Source of the DNA: a virus
Virus record (IMG/VR): IMGVR_UViG_3300045988_103857
DNA: 64,000 nucleotides
Direction: 5' to 3' (one strand)
Positions 24,278 through 32,189 of the stretch are shown piece after piece; within the stretch, counting starts at the first letter, position 1; each line of letters opens with the position of its first letter. Made by a program: the position numbers and the translations under genes. The notes under the pieces are model-generated. The model ran no database searches. It had not been told where the DNA came from and saw only the letters and a program-made list of their open reading frames with translations.

Positions 24278-26041
24278 ATGAAAACGCAGAAAACAAAAGG
24301 ATTTTATGACCGTGAAAATGATACGGTACATATTTTTATCCCACCTGCTCCGACAGAATCGGAGAGAGGTGGAATTACTGCAAAAGAAAAAACAACGGAA
24401 TCTCTTGAGGTTGCAGTTGACCCAGGAACAGGAAAAGCGTATGTGGCGCTGGACGCTACTCTTTCCAAAACAGGAGAAGCGGCAGACTCAGCAGAAGTAG
24501 GGAAAAAGATTAGTGTCCTAAACGACATTATCTGCGGCACACCACATACAGATACCGTAGAAGAATATCTTAACCGCCAGAAAACAGGCGTGGTGTACCA
24601 GTCAAAAGAGTGGAAATCAGCGGTAAATCCGACAACTACGATTGAGAAGTTAGGCGTAAACAAGCTGATTCCATACGAACCGTCCACAGATACCGTAGAG
24701 GGTGCAGACGGATATGCGAACCGTCCAGAATTTCAGTGGTGGTACGGAAATTATATCCGCCACGACAATGAAGACTATGAACTGACCGCAATCGAGGGCG
24801 AGGATGGATATTCAGAGGCTGACACCGTAGACGTGTGCTCTTTCGGGCCTATGTTCTATTACCGGAAAGAAAATAAAGGAGATTATTTCCTCTGGTCTTG
24901 GTCTGATACACCGCATGAGGAACTGGGATTAAAGCCATTTCAGAAGAATGCTGATGGCTCCGTACCTGCTTATTGGCTTCTGTCTGCATTTCCATCTGTA
25001 GCCGGTTCTGACGGATTGCCACACTCGCAGCCCGGAAAGAAGATTTTAAGAAACCAGAGTTACGGAAATATCCATCAGAATTACCAGAGGAAAGGAGCCG
25101 GATACTTAGGATGCGGCAAAGAACGTCAGACTTTCTGTATGATTTTCAATGCGATCAAAGGCGGGCAGAAGAGTTCCAGAAAGATTTCACAGGGTGTAAA
25201 CAACTGGAACTTCCAGCTCGATGCAGCAGAGCAGAGGTCGGAGAAGGCAACTTACTTCCCGGTAACAGCAGCACAGGCAGCAAACCTGGAAGTTGGATTA
25301 TGTGTTTCTGTTGGATATGGTTCTAACAACAATGGTGCAGTAAATAAAGACCGCGGAGTCGGAACTATGCATTCCTACGCGGACGACGTAAAGATTCTTC
25401 GTATTGAAGACCTTGCAAGCGGAAACAAAGCAGTGTATCTGGATATTTCAGAAGGATTTACTACAGTACCTGTAAAACTTACGGATACCTTAAATGCGCC
25501 GATCACAATGTCTTCTATGCACATTCACACTGGCGAGACGAAGAAAGTAATTGGAAAGCATGACGGTGCAGCTGTATCAAACACATCAGCAAGACATCCA
25601 TACAGAATTCAGGGTGTCGAATATCAGGTAGGTGCTTATCATGTAGCTGCAAATACAGTGATGGTATTCAAAAGTGATTACAGCAAAGATGTATATATCC
25701 GTGAAAAAGGAACTGCATGGAGTGATAACGAGAATATTGTCAAGAGTACATATAAACTTGTTGGAAACATACCTGCCAGTGCAGATGGCAAAGGAAGTGA
25801 CTGGTGGGTTGGTGATGTAGAAATTGATGAAGAAACAGGTGCATGGTGGCCAATAGCCGCAACCGATTCTTCTGATCGAGGAATGGGAAGCAGAGTTTAC
25901 GCCGGAGGAACAGCCACATCTGGAACCAGAGAATCACTTGAAGCCGGGCTCCTCTGGGATGGGGCGTTCTCCGGTTCCGCGTTCGTGGGTTGCTGGGGCG
26001 GGCTCTGGAATGACTGGTGGAGCTTCGGCTCCTGCGATTAA
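24278..26041 (+). CDS. DGR variable (target) protein, fibre-like N-terminus with a C-terminal variable region
   Basis: The last 99 nt (VR) match the downstream TR except at TR adenines. The N-terminus shares the S..GEAADSAEVGKK fibre motif. The C-terminus is AGLLWDGAFSGSAFVGCWGGLWNDWWSFGSCD. Confidence 0.85.
   Translation: MKTQKTKGFYDRENDTVHIFIPPAPTESERGGITAKEKTTESLEVAVDPGTGKAYVALDATLSKTGEAADSAEVGKKISVLNDIICGTPHTDTVEEYLNRQKTGVVYQSKEWKSAVNPTTTIEKLGVNKLIPYEPSTDTVEGADGYANRPEFQWWYGNYIRHDNEDYELTAIEGEDGYSEADTVDVCSFGPMFYYRKENKGDYFLWSWSDTPHEELGLKPFQKNADGSVPAYWLLSAFPSVAGSDGLPHSQPGKKILRNQSYGNIHQNYQRKGAGYLGCGKERQTFCMIFNAIKGGQKSSRKISQGVNNWNFQLDAAEQRSEKATYFPVTAAQAANLEVGLCVSVGYGSNNNGAVNKDRGVGTMHSYADDVKILRIEDLASGNKAVYLDISEGFTTVPVKLTDTLNAPITMSSMHIHTGETKKVIGKHDGAAVSNTSARHPYRIQGVEYQVGAYHVAANTVMVFKSDYSKDVYIREKGTAWSDNENIVKSTYKLVGNIPASADGKGSDWWVGDVEIDEETGAWWPIAATDSSDRGMGSRVYAGGTATSGTRESLEAGLLWDGAFSGSAFVGCWGGLWNDWWSFGSCD
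25942..26040 (+). repeat. DGR variable repeat (VR)
   Basis: Ungapped alignment to 26141-26239 (offset 199). 18 mismatches, 17 of them opposite TR adenines. Confidence 0.9.
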
Positions 26042-26076
26042 AAAGGCCCTTAGGGGTGAATTTTCCGAAGGAAAAG

Positions 26077-26090
26077 AGGGGGCTTCCCCT
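26077..26090 (+). promoter_or_regulatory. GC-rich hairpin downstream of VR (candidate DGR target-recognition element)
   Basis: AGGGG-GCTT-CCCCT lies 36 nt after the VR end. DGR targets often carry a GC hairpin or cruciform 3' of VR. Confidence 0.35.
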
Positions 26091-26140
26091 TAATTCCTTC
26101 CAAACACATACAAAAATAAAAGCATAAGGACTCATGGTGC

Positions 26141-26239
26141 AGCCGGGAACCTCAGGAATGGGACGAACTCCGGTTCCGCGTACGTGAATTGCAGGAACGG
26201 GCTCTGGAATGACAGGTGGAACTACGGCTCCTGATATTA
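26141..26239 (+). repeat. DGR template repeat (TR)
   Basis: Non-coding copy of VR. It contains 25 A residues, 17 of which differ in VR. The TR reading frame is rich in AAC/AAT/TAC codons. Confidence 0.9.
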
Positions 26240-26434
26240 TTTATATCAAAACCAGTATTATTTGCATCATGTTTCACACCTGAAAAGGGTGTAGCCGAAA
26301 GGTTCTTTACGCATAAGCGTTAAAATAAGCAAGAAAGGCCAGCTGAAAGCCGGGGACGGCAAGTAAGGAATACAGTGTATGAGACTGTATTCGGGGCTAG
26401 TAGAAAAACCGGAAACCCTCTTTAAAATAATCGA

Positions 26435-26581
26435 ATGAAAAGATATTGCAAGGCCATTGATATAACAGACCGCGGATTAATCAGCACAGCGGTATATAAA
26501 TGTCTGAAGAAAAAGTACAAAAGAAATGATGTACTGAGATTACTTAGTACATATACGACTTTGGATGTTAATCAAATTTAA
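26435..26581 (+). other. RT N-terminal segment (48 codons), ending at an in-frame TAA
   Basis: MKRYCKAIDITDRGLISTAVYKCLKKKYKRNDVLRLL... resembles the RT-0/N-terminal region of DGR RTs (A...K..KR..v..f). It is in the same frame as 26624-27610. TAA at 26579-26581. Confidence 0.5.
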
Positions 26582-26623
26582 TGCATTTTCAGAAGAAACG
26601 GAAAGAATGCCATTCGTTTTCTG

Positions 26624-27610
26624 GTGGAAGCAGTGATTGATGATATCCAGAATGAAATCATTAACTGGGACATTAAATTCCCTCCGGTATGGTACCGGGA
26701 AAAAGTAGACCCATCGTCCGGGAAAATCCGTAGAATCGGAATCCAGAATATAAAGCATCAGTTGTATGATTACATAGCAGTTATAGCATTGCAGCCTATT
26801 CTGAAACGCATTGGAGAGCATCAGTACGCTTCCATCAAAGGGCGTGGGACTCTAAAAGGTGCAAGGGACGTAAGAAGATGGTTGAGAAACCATAAGCTCA
26901 CATTCGTTGCTCAGGCAGACGTAAAGAAATGTTATGAGAGCATAGATAGGGATAAGCTTATGCAATTCCTGGAATGCCACATCAAGAACGATCTGCTGAT
27001 TAAATTGATCAGAAAATTGATTTACAGTTTTGAGAAAGGCCTGAGTATAGGCTCATATCTTAGCCAGTTTCTCTGCAATCTGTATATGAGCATCCTGTAT
27101 CATCATGTTGCCGAAGGAATGTACCGTACCAGAAAGCACCGGAATGGATGCAGTGAGCGGATTAATCTTGTTAAGAAGCAAACGTTTTATATGGATGATA
27201 CGCTGTTTGCCGGAACAAATAAGAAAGACATCAAGAAAGCAATGAAAATGTTCATTAGAAAAGCAAAAGATATGGGGCTGACCATTAAGAACACCTTCCG
27301 TATCTACAAAATAACTGGAACATTCGTGGATATGATGGGATACCGGATATATCAGCATAAAATGACTGTTCGCAGAAGAAACTTCCGTAGAATCAGAAGG
27401 GCATATAAAAAGGCCCTAAAATGTTATGAGACACATAAACCAATTCCATTTAAACTGGCAAAACGATGTAGTAGTTTCTATGGATTCCTGAAGAATACAA
27501 ATAGTAAGCACATCCGGAAGAAATGGAAAGTAAAGAAGATTATGAAGATATGTAAAGGGGTGATAAAACGTGAAGAAAGTAAAATTTACACAGAAACAGC
27601 CATTGCTTAA
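26624..27610 (+). CDS. DGR reverse transcriptase (core)
   Basis: YMDD active-site motif (FYMDDTLF). DGR-specific IGxxxSQ motif (SIGSYLSQFL). Adjacent to the TR. The track start is a GTG; the frame is open upstream to the TAA at 26579. Confidence 0.9.
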   Translation: MEAVIDDIQNEIINWDIKFPPVWYREKVDPSSGKIRRIGIQNIKHQLYDYIAVIALQPILKRIGEHQYASIKGRGTLKGARDVRRWLRNHKLTFVAQADVKKCYESIDRDKLMQFLECHIKNDLLIKLIRKLIYSFEKGLSIGSYLSQFLCNLYMSILYHHVAEGMYRTRKHRNGCSERINLVKKQTFYMDDTLFAGTNKKDIKKAMKMFIRKAKDMGLTIKNTFRIYKITGTFVDMMGYRIYQHKMTVRRRNFRRIRRAYKKALKCYETHKPIPFKLAKRCSSFYGFLKNTNSKHIRKKWKVKKIMKICKGVIKREESKIYTETAIA

Positions 27611-27941
27611 GACGTTTGATTCCGGAGACGGAATTTATGTATTTATCTGTGCAAACGAAAAAGAAATCACAGAAGAAATACAGCAAGGAAATATATCAGA
27701 AGAATCACAGAGCCACACAGAAACAGTATACGAATATGACTGTAATGAATTTGTGACATCTGCAGATCGGCTTCCTGATATTGAGCAGAAGCCAAAAAAG
27801 TATCTTGACTATGTTCCAGAAACTAAAAAGAGCACAGAACAGCTTCTGGCAGAACAGTCAGAACAGATCACAGCGCAGGCAAAACAGATTGAGATGCTAA
27901 AAGAGTGCCTGTTAGAAATGAGTGAACAGGTTTATGCGTAG
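27570..27941 (+). CDS. hypothetical acidic protein
   Basis: GTG start after an AAAGGGGTGA SD. Overlaps the RT 3' end by 41 nt. Acidic, so not Avd-like. Confidence 0.5.
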   Translation: MKKVKFTQKQPLLKTFDSGDGIYVFICANEKEITEEIQQGNISEESQSHTETVYEYDCNEFVTSADRLPDIEQKPKKYLDYVPETKKSTEQLLAEQSEQITAQAKQIEMLKECLLEMSEQVYA

Positions 27942-27981
27942 GAATTTAATCATTATGTTATTAAGCAAAGGAGATAAAGAA

Positions 27982-28128
27982 ATGATGGCAAAATTATGGG
28001 TTACAGAAATCTTAAGCAAAGAAACAATTGAAGAAGCAAAAGAAGAATACAAGAGAACACCGAGACTCCTGAAAGAAAAGGTAAAAAAGCTTCTCGTTGA
28101 TGCAGGCATGGAGGAAATTACTGAATAA
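27982..28128 (+). CDS. small protein, 48 aa
   Basis: AAAGGAG SD. MMAKLWVTEILSKETIEEAKEEYKRTPRLLKEKVKKLLVDAGMEEITE. Confidence 0.45.
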   Translation: MMAKLWVTEILSKETIEEAKEEYKRTPRLLKEKVKKLLVDAGMEEITE

Positions 28129-28284
28129 ATGACGAAGCTTCAGATCATTTCAAAACTCTGGCCTGTAATCTATGATATGCAATTAGCTACGAAGCCCTGG
28201 GAAGAGATAGACAAAGAGCTAGATATTCTGGAGTATAAATGCCGGAAATATGTGGATACAGACGATTTGGAGGAAATGCCATGA
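28129..28284 (+). CDS. small protein, 51 aa
   Basis: ATG overlaps the upstream TAA. The stop overlaps the next ATG. Confidence 0.4.
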   Translation: MTKLQIISKLWPVIYDMQLATKPWEEIDKELDILEYKCRKYVDTDDLEEMP

Positions 28285-28679
28285 GAGGATTAAAACGGCA
28301 AAAACAAACAATATACTGGTCCAGAGCAACAGAAGACCTTGACGGGATAGACACAATCAAAACGTACCAAAAGCCAGAATTATATCACTTCTCCGTATCT
28401 GCGACCGCCGGAACGCCAGAGGAATTATCCGCCGGTTATATCCCGGACTACGACAGGTATATCACAAACTTCGACCGCAGCTTCAAGCCACAGACCGCCG
28501 ATGTATTCTGGATTGATCGCAAGCCGGAACTGACCGGTGCAGGCGAACTTGTTTTAGGTGAAGACGGAGAGCCTACAGTACCGCCAGATTACCGTCTGAA
28601 AAAGATTCTCGATACCCAGAAAGGCAATGTGGCACGATATGGCATCAAGTATATAGGAGATGGTTCAGATGGCGAATAA
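28281..28679 (+). CDS. head closure / head-tail adaptor protein
   Basis: 132 aa. Its position ahead of the gp10-like gene and its size fit phage head-closure proteins. Confidence 0.5.
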   Translation: MRGLKRQKQTIYWSRATEDLDGIDTIKTYQKPELYHFSVSATAGTPEELSAGYIPDYDRYITNFDRSFKPQTADVFWIDRKPELTGAGELVLGEDGEPTVPPDYRLKKILDTQKGNVARYGIKYIGDGSDGE

Positions 28680-29187
28680 GACTATCAAAATGGAATTGTC
28701 GCATAAATCTATACAGGACACAATAAAGCAGCTCAGAGCGTATCAGAAGTCACTTGCAAGCAAGAATGAAGAGTTTGTCCGCAGGCTGGTAGAACTTGGA
28801 ATCCCGGTCATAGATGAAAACATAGCATTGGCACAAGGCGATTCTGACAAAAACCATAACACCTATATCAGAATCAATAACTTTGGCGATTATTCTCAGG
28901 CGACGCTTGTGTGTGAAGGCTCTGACCTCTTGTTCATTGAGTTCGGGTCTGGCATTTACTACAACACTCCTGCAGGAACCAGCCCACATCCTAAGGGGCA
29001 AGATTTCGGTTACACAATCGGTTCATACGGACAGGGGAACGGAAAGAATGAATCGTGGGTTTATTTTGCCGATTCTGGCGAATGGGTACGCTCTTACGGT
29101 ACCGAAGCCACCATGCCGGTATATAAGGCAAGCGTAGAAATCATGCAGAGCATCAGAAAAATTGCAAAAGAAGTGTTTGCATCATGA
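28669..29187 (+). CDS. HK97 gp10-like neck/tail-completion protein
   Basis: ATLVCEGSDLLFIEFGSGIYYN...P.PKG resembles the HK97 gp10 family core. Confidence 0.55.
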   Translation: MANKTIKMELSHKSIQDTIKQLRAYQKSLASKNEEFVRRLVELGIPVIDENIALAQGDSDKNHNTYIRINNFGDYSQATLVCEGSDLLFIEFGSGIYYNTPAGTSPHPKGQDFGYTIGSYGQGNGKNESWVYFADSGEWVRSYGTEATMPVYKASVEIMQSIRKIAKEVFAS

Positions 29188-29283
29188 AAGTTAATACCTG
29201 ATAATACTGAATAATACCTCTGTCTTTGATATACTATAACATATAAAAGCATCTACCTGAGCGGTGGGTGCTTTTTTCATGCA
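29185..29283 (+). promoter_or_regulatory. conserved cassette copy 2: TAATAC-repeat block, -10 TATACT (29230-29235), intrinsic terminator
   Basis: 35 nt identical to 11799-11833. CTGAAT (29207-29212), 17 nt, then TATACT. The terminator follows. It shares the GCTTTTTTCATGCA end. Confidence 0.6.
29249..29277 (+). terminator. intrinsic terminator inside cassette copy 2
   Basis: 9-bp stem GCATCTACC/GGTGGGTGC (with G:U pairs), loop TGAGC, then T6. Confidence 0.7.
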
Positions 29284-29311
29284 AAAAAACATAGAAAAGG
29301 AGAATGTAAGC

Positions 29312-29950
29312 ATGTTAGTAGAAACAATGATTATCAAAAAAGTAGAAACGAGCATTGTCACAAGCCTAGATGTCGCAGAAACTTTTGAAAAAGAACATAA
29401 AAGAGTATTGCAGGACATTAGAAATTTAGGATGCAGTGAAGAATTCGGACAGCACAATTTCGTGCTTTCCTCATACACAAGCATCCAGAATAAAAAACAA
29501 CCTATGTACTGCATGACGAGAGATGGATTTACGCTTCTTGTTATGGGATACACTGGCGAAAAAGCCATGAAGTTCAAAGAAGGATACATTCGCCAATTCA
29601 ATGCAATGGAAAAAGTTCTTTTAGGAAAAATCAGAGAACGAGACAAAGGCATTGCAGTAAGACAAGCGTTGACCAATGCACTTAAAGAATCTCAAGAAAA
29701 CGAGAGAATGCACGGTCATGCATATTCGACATACACAGATATGGTATATCGTACATTGTTTGGCAAAACTGCAAAACAACTTAGAGAAGAAAAAGAAATT
29801 TCTACTAAAGACAATCTAAGAGATTTCCTTACCGAAGAAGAGCTAAAAGCTGTCCAGTCAAAGGAAATGCTTGTTAGTGGTTTGATTGACTGCGGATGGG
29901 GATATTCTCAAATAAGAGATTTCCTTAATACCAGTCTCAGAATATGTTAG
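29312..29950 (+). CDS. Rha-family phage regulatory protein
   Basis: VTSLDVAETFEKEHKRVLQDIRNL...MTRDGFTLLVMGYTGEKAMKFKEGYIRQFNAME matches the Phage_pRha pattern. Confidence 0.8.
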   Translation: MLVETMIIKKVETSIVTSLDVAETFEKEHKRVLQDIRNLGCSEEFGQHNFVLSSYTSIQNKKQPMYCMTRDGFTLLVMGYTGEKAMKFKEGYIRQFNAMEKVLLGKIRERDKGIAVRQALTNALKESQENERMHGHAYSTYTDMVYRTLFGKTAKQLREEKEISTKDNLRDFLTEEELKAVQSKEMLVSGLIDCGWGYSQIRDFLNTSLRIC

Positions 29951-29970
29951 AACAGGCGGTGTGATATAAA

Positions 29971-30378
29971 ATGCCAGACACGATTAACAACCCAGTATCA
30001 GAAGTATTTTCTAGGTGGAGCAAAGATATTCAACCAACAGTCGGCAAAGGCAATTTTTCCATGGAAAAAAGCCAGACAATAGCATCTGGTAAAACAAAAT
30101 ACGCCAGATTGTTCATGATGGGGAATCCCACGCAGTCAACAAGTCTTGAAGGTCACGAATGCGCAACAGTTCTTTCATTTCAAACGGAAAGTTACGCATC
30201 TGGGACAAAGGCTTTATCGACTGCATACGAAATCGACAGCAAAAGTCATCAGGCTATGGTTTCGATGGGCTTTCGCCGGACATACGGGCCGGAAGAAGTC
30301 GCAAACTCCGAAAAGAGTTTCAAACGAATCATAAGCCGGTACAGCAGAATTTACACCGGGCAATTATTGGAAGTGTAA
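29971..30378 (+). CDS. putative tail terminator / tail completion protein
   Basis: 135 aa just upstream of the major tail gene. Assigned by position only. Confidence 0.4.
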   Translation: MPDTINNPVSEVFSRWSKDIQPTVGKGNFSMEKSQTIASGKTKYARLFMMGNPTQSTSLEGHECATVLSFQTESYASGTKALSTAYEIDSKSHQAMVSMGFRRTYGPEEVANSEKSFKRIISRYSRIYTGQLLEV

Positions 30379-30419
30379 CAGCTTCTATTTTTTATACCAA
30401 AAAGAAAGGAGAGTGTCCT

Positions 30420-30632
30420 ATGAGTAAAGATAAATTACAATGGCTGAAAGCTGCGGGAATCAGAGCTGTTAAGACAATTGCTCAGACAGCAGTTGCGACA
30501 ATCGGAACCGCAACAGTCCTTGGAAGCGTTGACTGGAAGATGGTCGTATCCGCGTCCGTTCTTTCCGGCGTTTTATCCTTGCTTACATCTGTAGCAGGGC
30601 TTCCAGAACTGAAAACAGGCACAGATGAATAG
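30420..30632 (+). CDS. holin, phiLC3-like family
   Basis: AGIRAVKTIAQTAVATIG...VDWKMVVSASVLSGVLSLLTSVAGLPE fits the phiLC3 holin pattern (R..KTfaQt ... LLTS..GLPE). Confidence 0.6.
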   Translation: MSKDKLQWLKAAGIRAVKTIAQTAVATIGTATVLGSVDWKMVVSASVLSGVLSLLTSVAGLPELKTGTDE

Positions 30633-30677
30633 AAAGGACGGTGATCCTTTTATCTCCCGGATGCAGGGTTACGCATC

Positions 30678-30698
30678 AGAGCCATGTGGCTCTTTTTT
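30678..30698 (+). terminator. intrinsic terminator
   Basis: Stem AGAGCC/GGCTCT, loop ATGT, then T6. Confidence 0.6.
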
Positions 30699-30737
30699 AT
30701 TGTGATTTTATAGCTGAAAAGCAGAAAGGAGCCGAAT

Positions 30738-31232
30738 ATGGCAGAAAAAGGAAATATAGCAGGCGTAAGTACCGTTGGTTCGCTTACTGGATATGCAGTC
30801 GAAACAACAGCAGGTACTAAACCGACAACATTTAAACTTCTTCACAGAATCAATGCTTCTGATGAAATCAAAATTGACGTGGAGACAATCGACGCTTCCG
30901 CACTTGAAGATGAAGTCGAAAGAACTATTGCAGGACGTGGTTCTACAGGTGGTACATTCAACGTAACTGTGAATGTAACTGATGAAACTATCACTGAATG
31001 GGAAACCTTAATCAGCGAATATAAAACAGGAAAAACAGATGGAAAATCTATGTGGTATGAAGAATATTTCCCGTCTCTTAAGAAAGCATTCTTCACAAAA
31101 ATCGAGCCACCGACAATCATTCCTAAACCGGCGAGAGATCAGAATGGCCTGTTAACCGTTGAAATGTCTCTTACTATCAATGAATATGTCGGCCCGAGTG
31201 AAGCAGTAGTTCCAACTGACAGCGGCCTTTAA
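30738..31232 (+). CDS. major tail protein
   Basis: 164 aa upstream of the chaperone pair and the tape measure. AAGGAG SD. Confidence 0.7.
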   Translation: MAEKGNIAGVSTVGSLTGYAVETTAGTKPTTFKLLHRINASDEIKIDVETIDASALEDEVERTIAGRGSTGGTFNVTVNVTDETITEWETLISEYKTGKTDGKSMWYEEYFPSLKKAFFTKIEPPTIIPKPARDQNGLLTVEMSLTINEYVGPSEAVVPTDSGL

Positions 31233-31255
31233 ACACATTTGGGAGGACAAATAAT

Positions 31256-31741
31256 ATGTATAAAGTTTTAAAAATCGGCGGCAAAGACTACAAACTTGAA
31301 TATGGAATTGAAGCATCACTGTTTGATGATTGTGTGAAATCCGTAATGAATATGCTGGTTTCCACAAGCGGTGGAACGGACAGGAGTCTTAAGGAAATGG
31401 TTTCTGGAATGAGTAGTATTCCAAATACTGCACTCAATGCGTTCTATGCCGGATTACTTCAATATCACGGCAACCATTCTGACGGTGATGGCACTGTCCC
31501 GGACTTAGATACCGCCAAAAAACTTGCAACACAGTATATGACCGAACATAAAGATGATGAGCAGGGTAACTTCTATGGCCTTTTCGCCATGTGCATTGAA
31601 CAGATGGAGGAAGATGGTTTTTTCAAGTTAACCGGTCTGGAAACCTTCATGGACAACATGAATGCGGCAATGGACTCTGTGAAAGCGAAGAAAGCGCCGA
31701 AGAAGCCAACAGATCACCTGAAAAAAGCTACAGTGAAATAA
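31256..31741 (+). CDS. tail assembly chaperone (G-like)
   Basis: Canonical position between the major tail and tape measure genes. Acidic, 161 aa. Confidence 0.7.
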   Translation: MYKVLKIGGKDYKLEYGIEASLFDDCVKSVMNMLVSTSGGTDRSLKEMVSGMSSIPNTALNAFYAGLLQYHGNHSDGDGTVPDLDTAKKLATQYMTEHKDDEQGNFYGLFAMCIEQMEEDGFFKLTGLETFMDNMNAAMDSVKAKKAPKKPTDHLKKATVK

Positions 31742-32142
31742 TCTGGGATGAATTATATCCAATGGCTGTGCGCATTGGGATGTCAAAAAAAGAATTTCTT
31801 AGGAGCACTCTTAAGGACCTGAGAATCCGTATAGAACAATATGGAATCTTAAAGAACGAAGAAATTCAGTCGCAGTTGATAAACATGGACTATCAGTCGT
31901 GGCTGACCGGATTGTACGTGAAAACAAGTGTTTTGTGTACATTGTTCCCGAGAAAGGTTAGCTATCCGAGCAAACCAATTACGCAGGAAAAACAGAATAA
32001 TTGGGTTGAACACAATCCAGATATGCCAAAGAAATCAGAAGCAGAACTAAGACAAGAAGAACGTTACTACGAACTTCTTATCAGGCAGGCAAATGCAAAT
32101 ATATCTGAAATAGGTAATGAAAAGGGCAAGCAGGATGAATAG
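31721..32142 (+). CDS. tail assembly chaperone -1 frameshift extension (GT-like)
   Basis: The -1 frame is open from 31600. CTG-AAA-AAA-GCT A6 run at 31721-31726. The downstream frame reads ..IWDELYPMAVRIGMSKKEF.., the conserved T-part motif. Confidence 0.6.
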
Positions 32143-32189
32143 TAGTCTTGCTTGCCCTTTATTTTTTTTGAAATAAAGGAGGTGCTTAT

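Noticed and set aside
24304-24687. 127-aa minus-strand ORF and other short antisense ORFs within the DGR target gene
   Set aside because: They are antisense to a gene validated by the VR/TR relationship. They are shadow ORFs.
26579-26581. TAA stop-codon reassignment as the explanation for the in-frame stops in the RT and MBL genes
   Set aside because: TAA terminates many well-supported genes here (for example 1071-1073, 16187-16189 and 26039-26041), as do TAG and TGA. The genome therefore uses the standard code.
27570-27941. The Avd accessory protein of the DGR
   Set aside because: The size is about right, but the protein is strongly acidic and lacks the basic four-helix-bundle character of Avd. 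No other small basic ORF flanks TR or RT.
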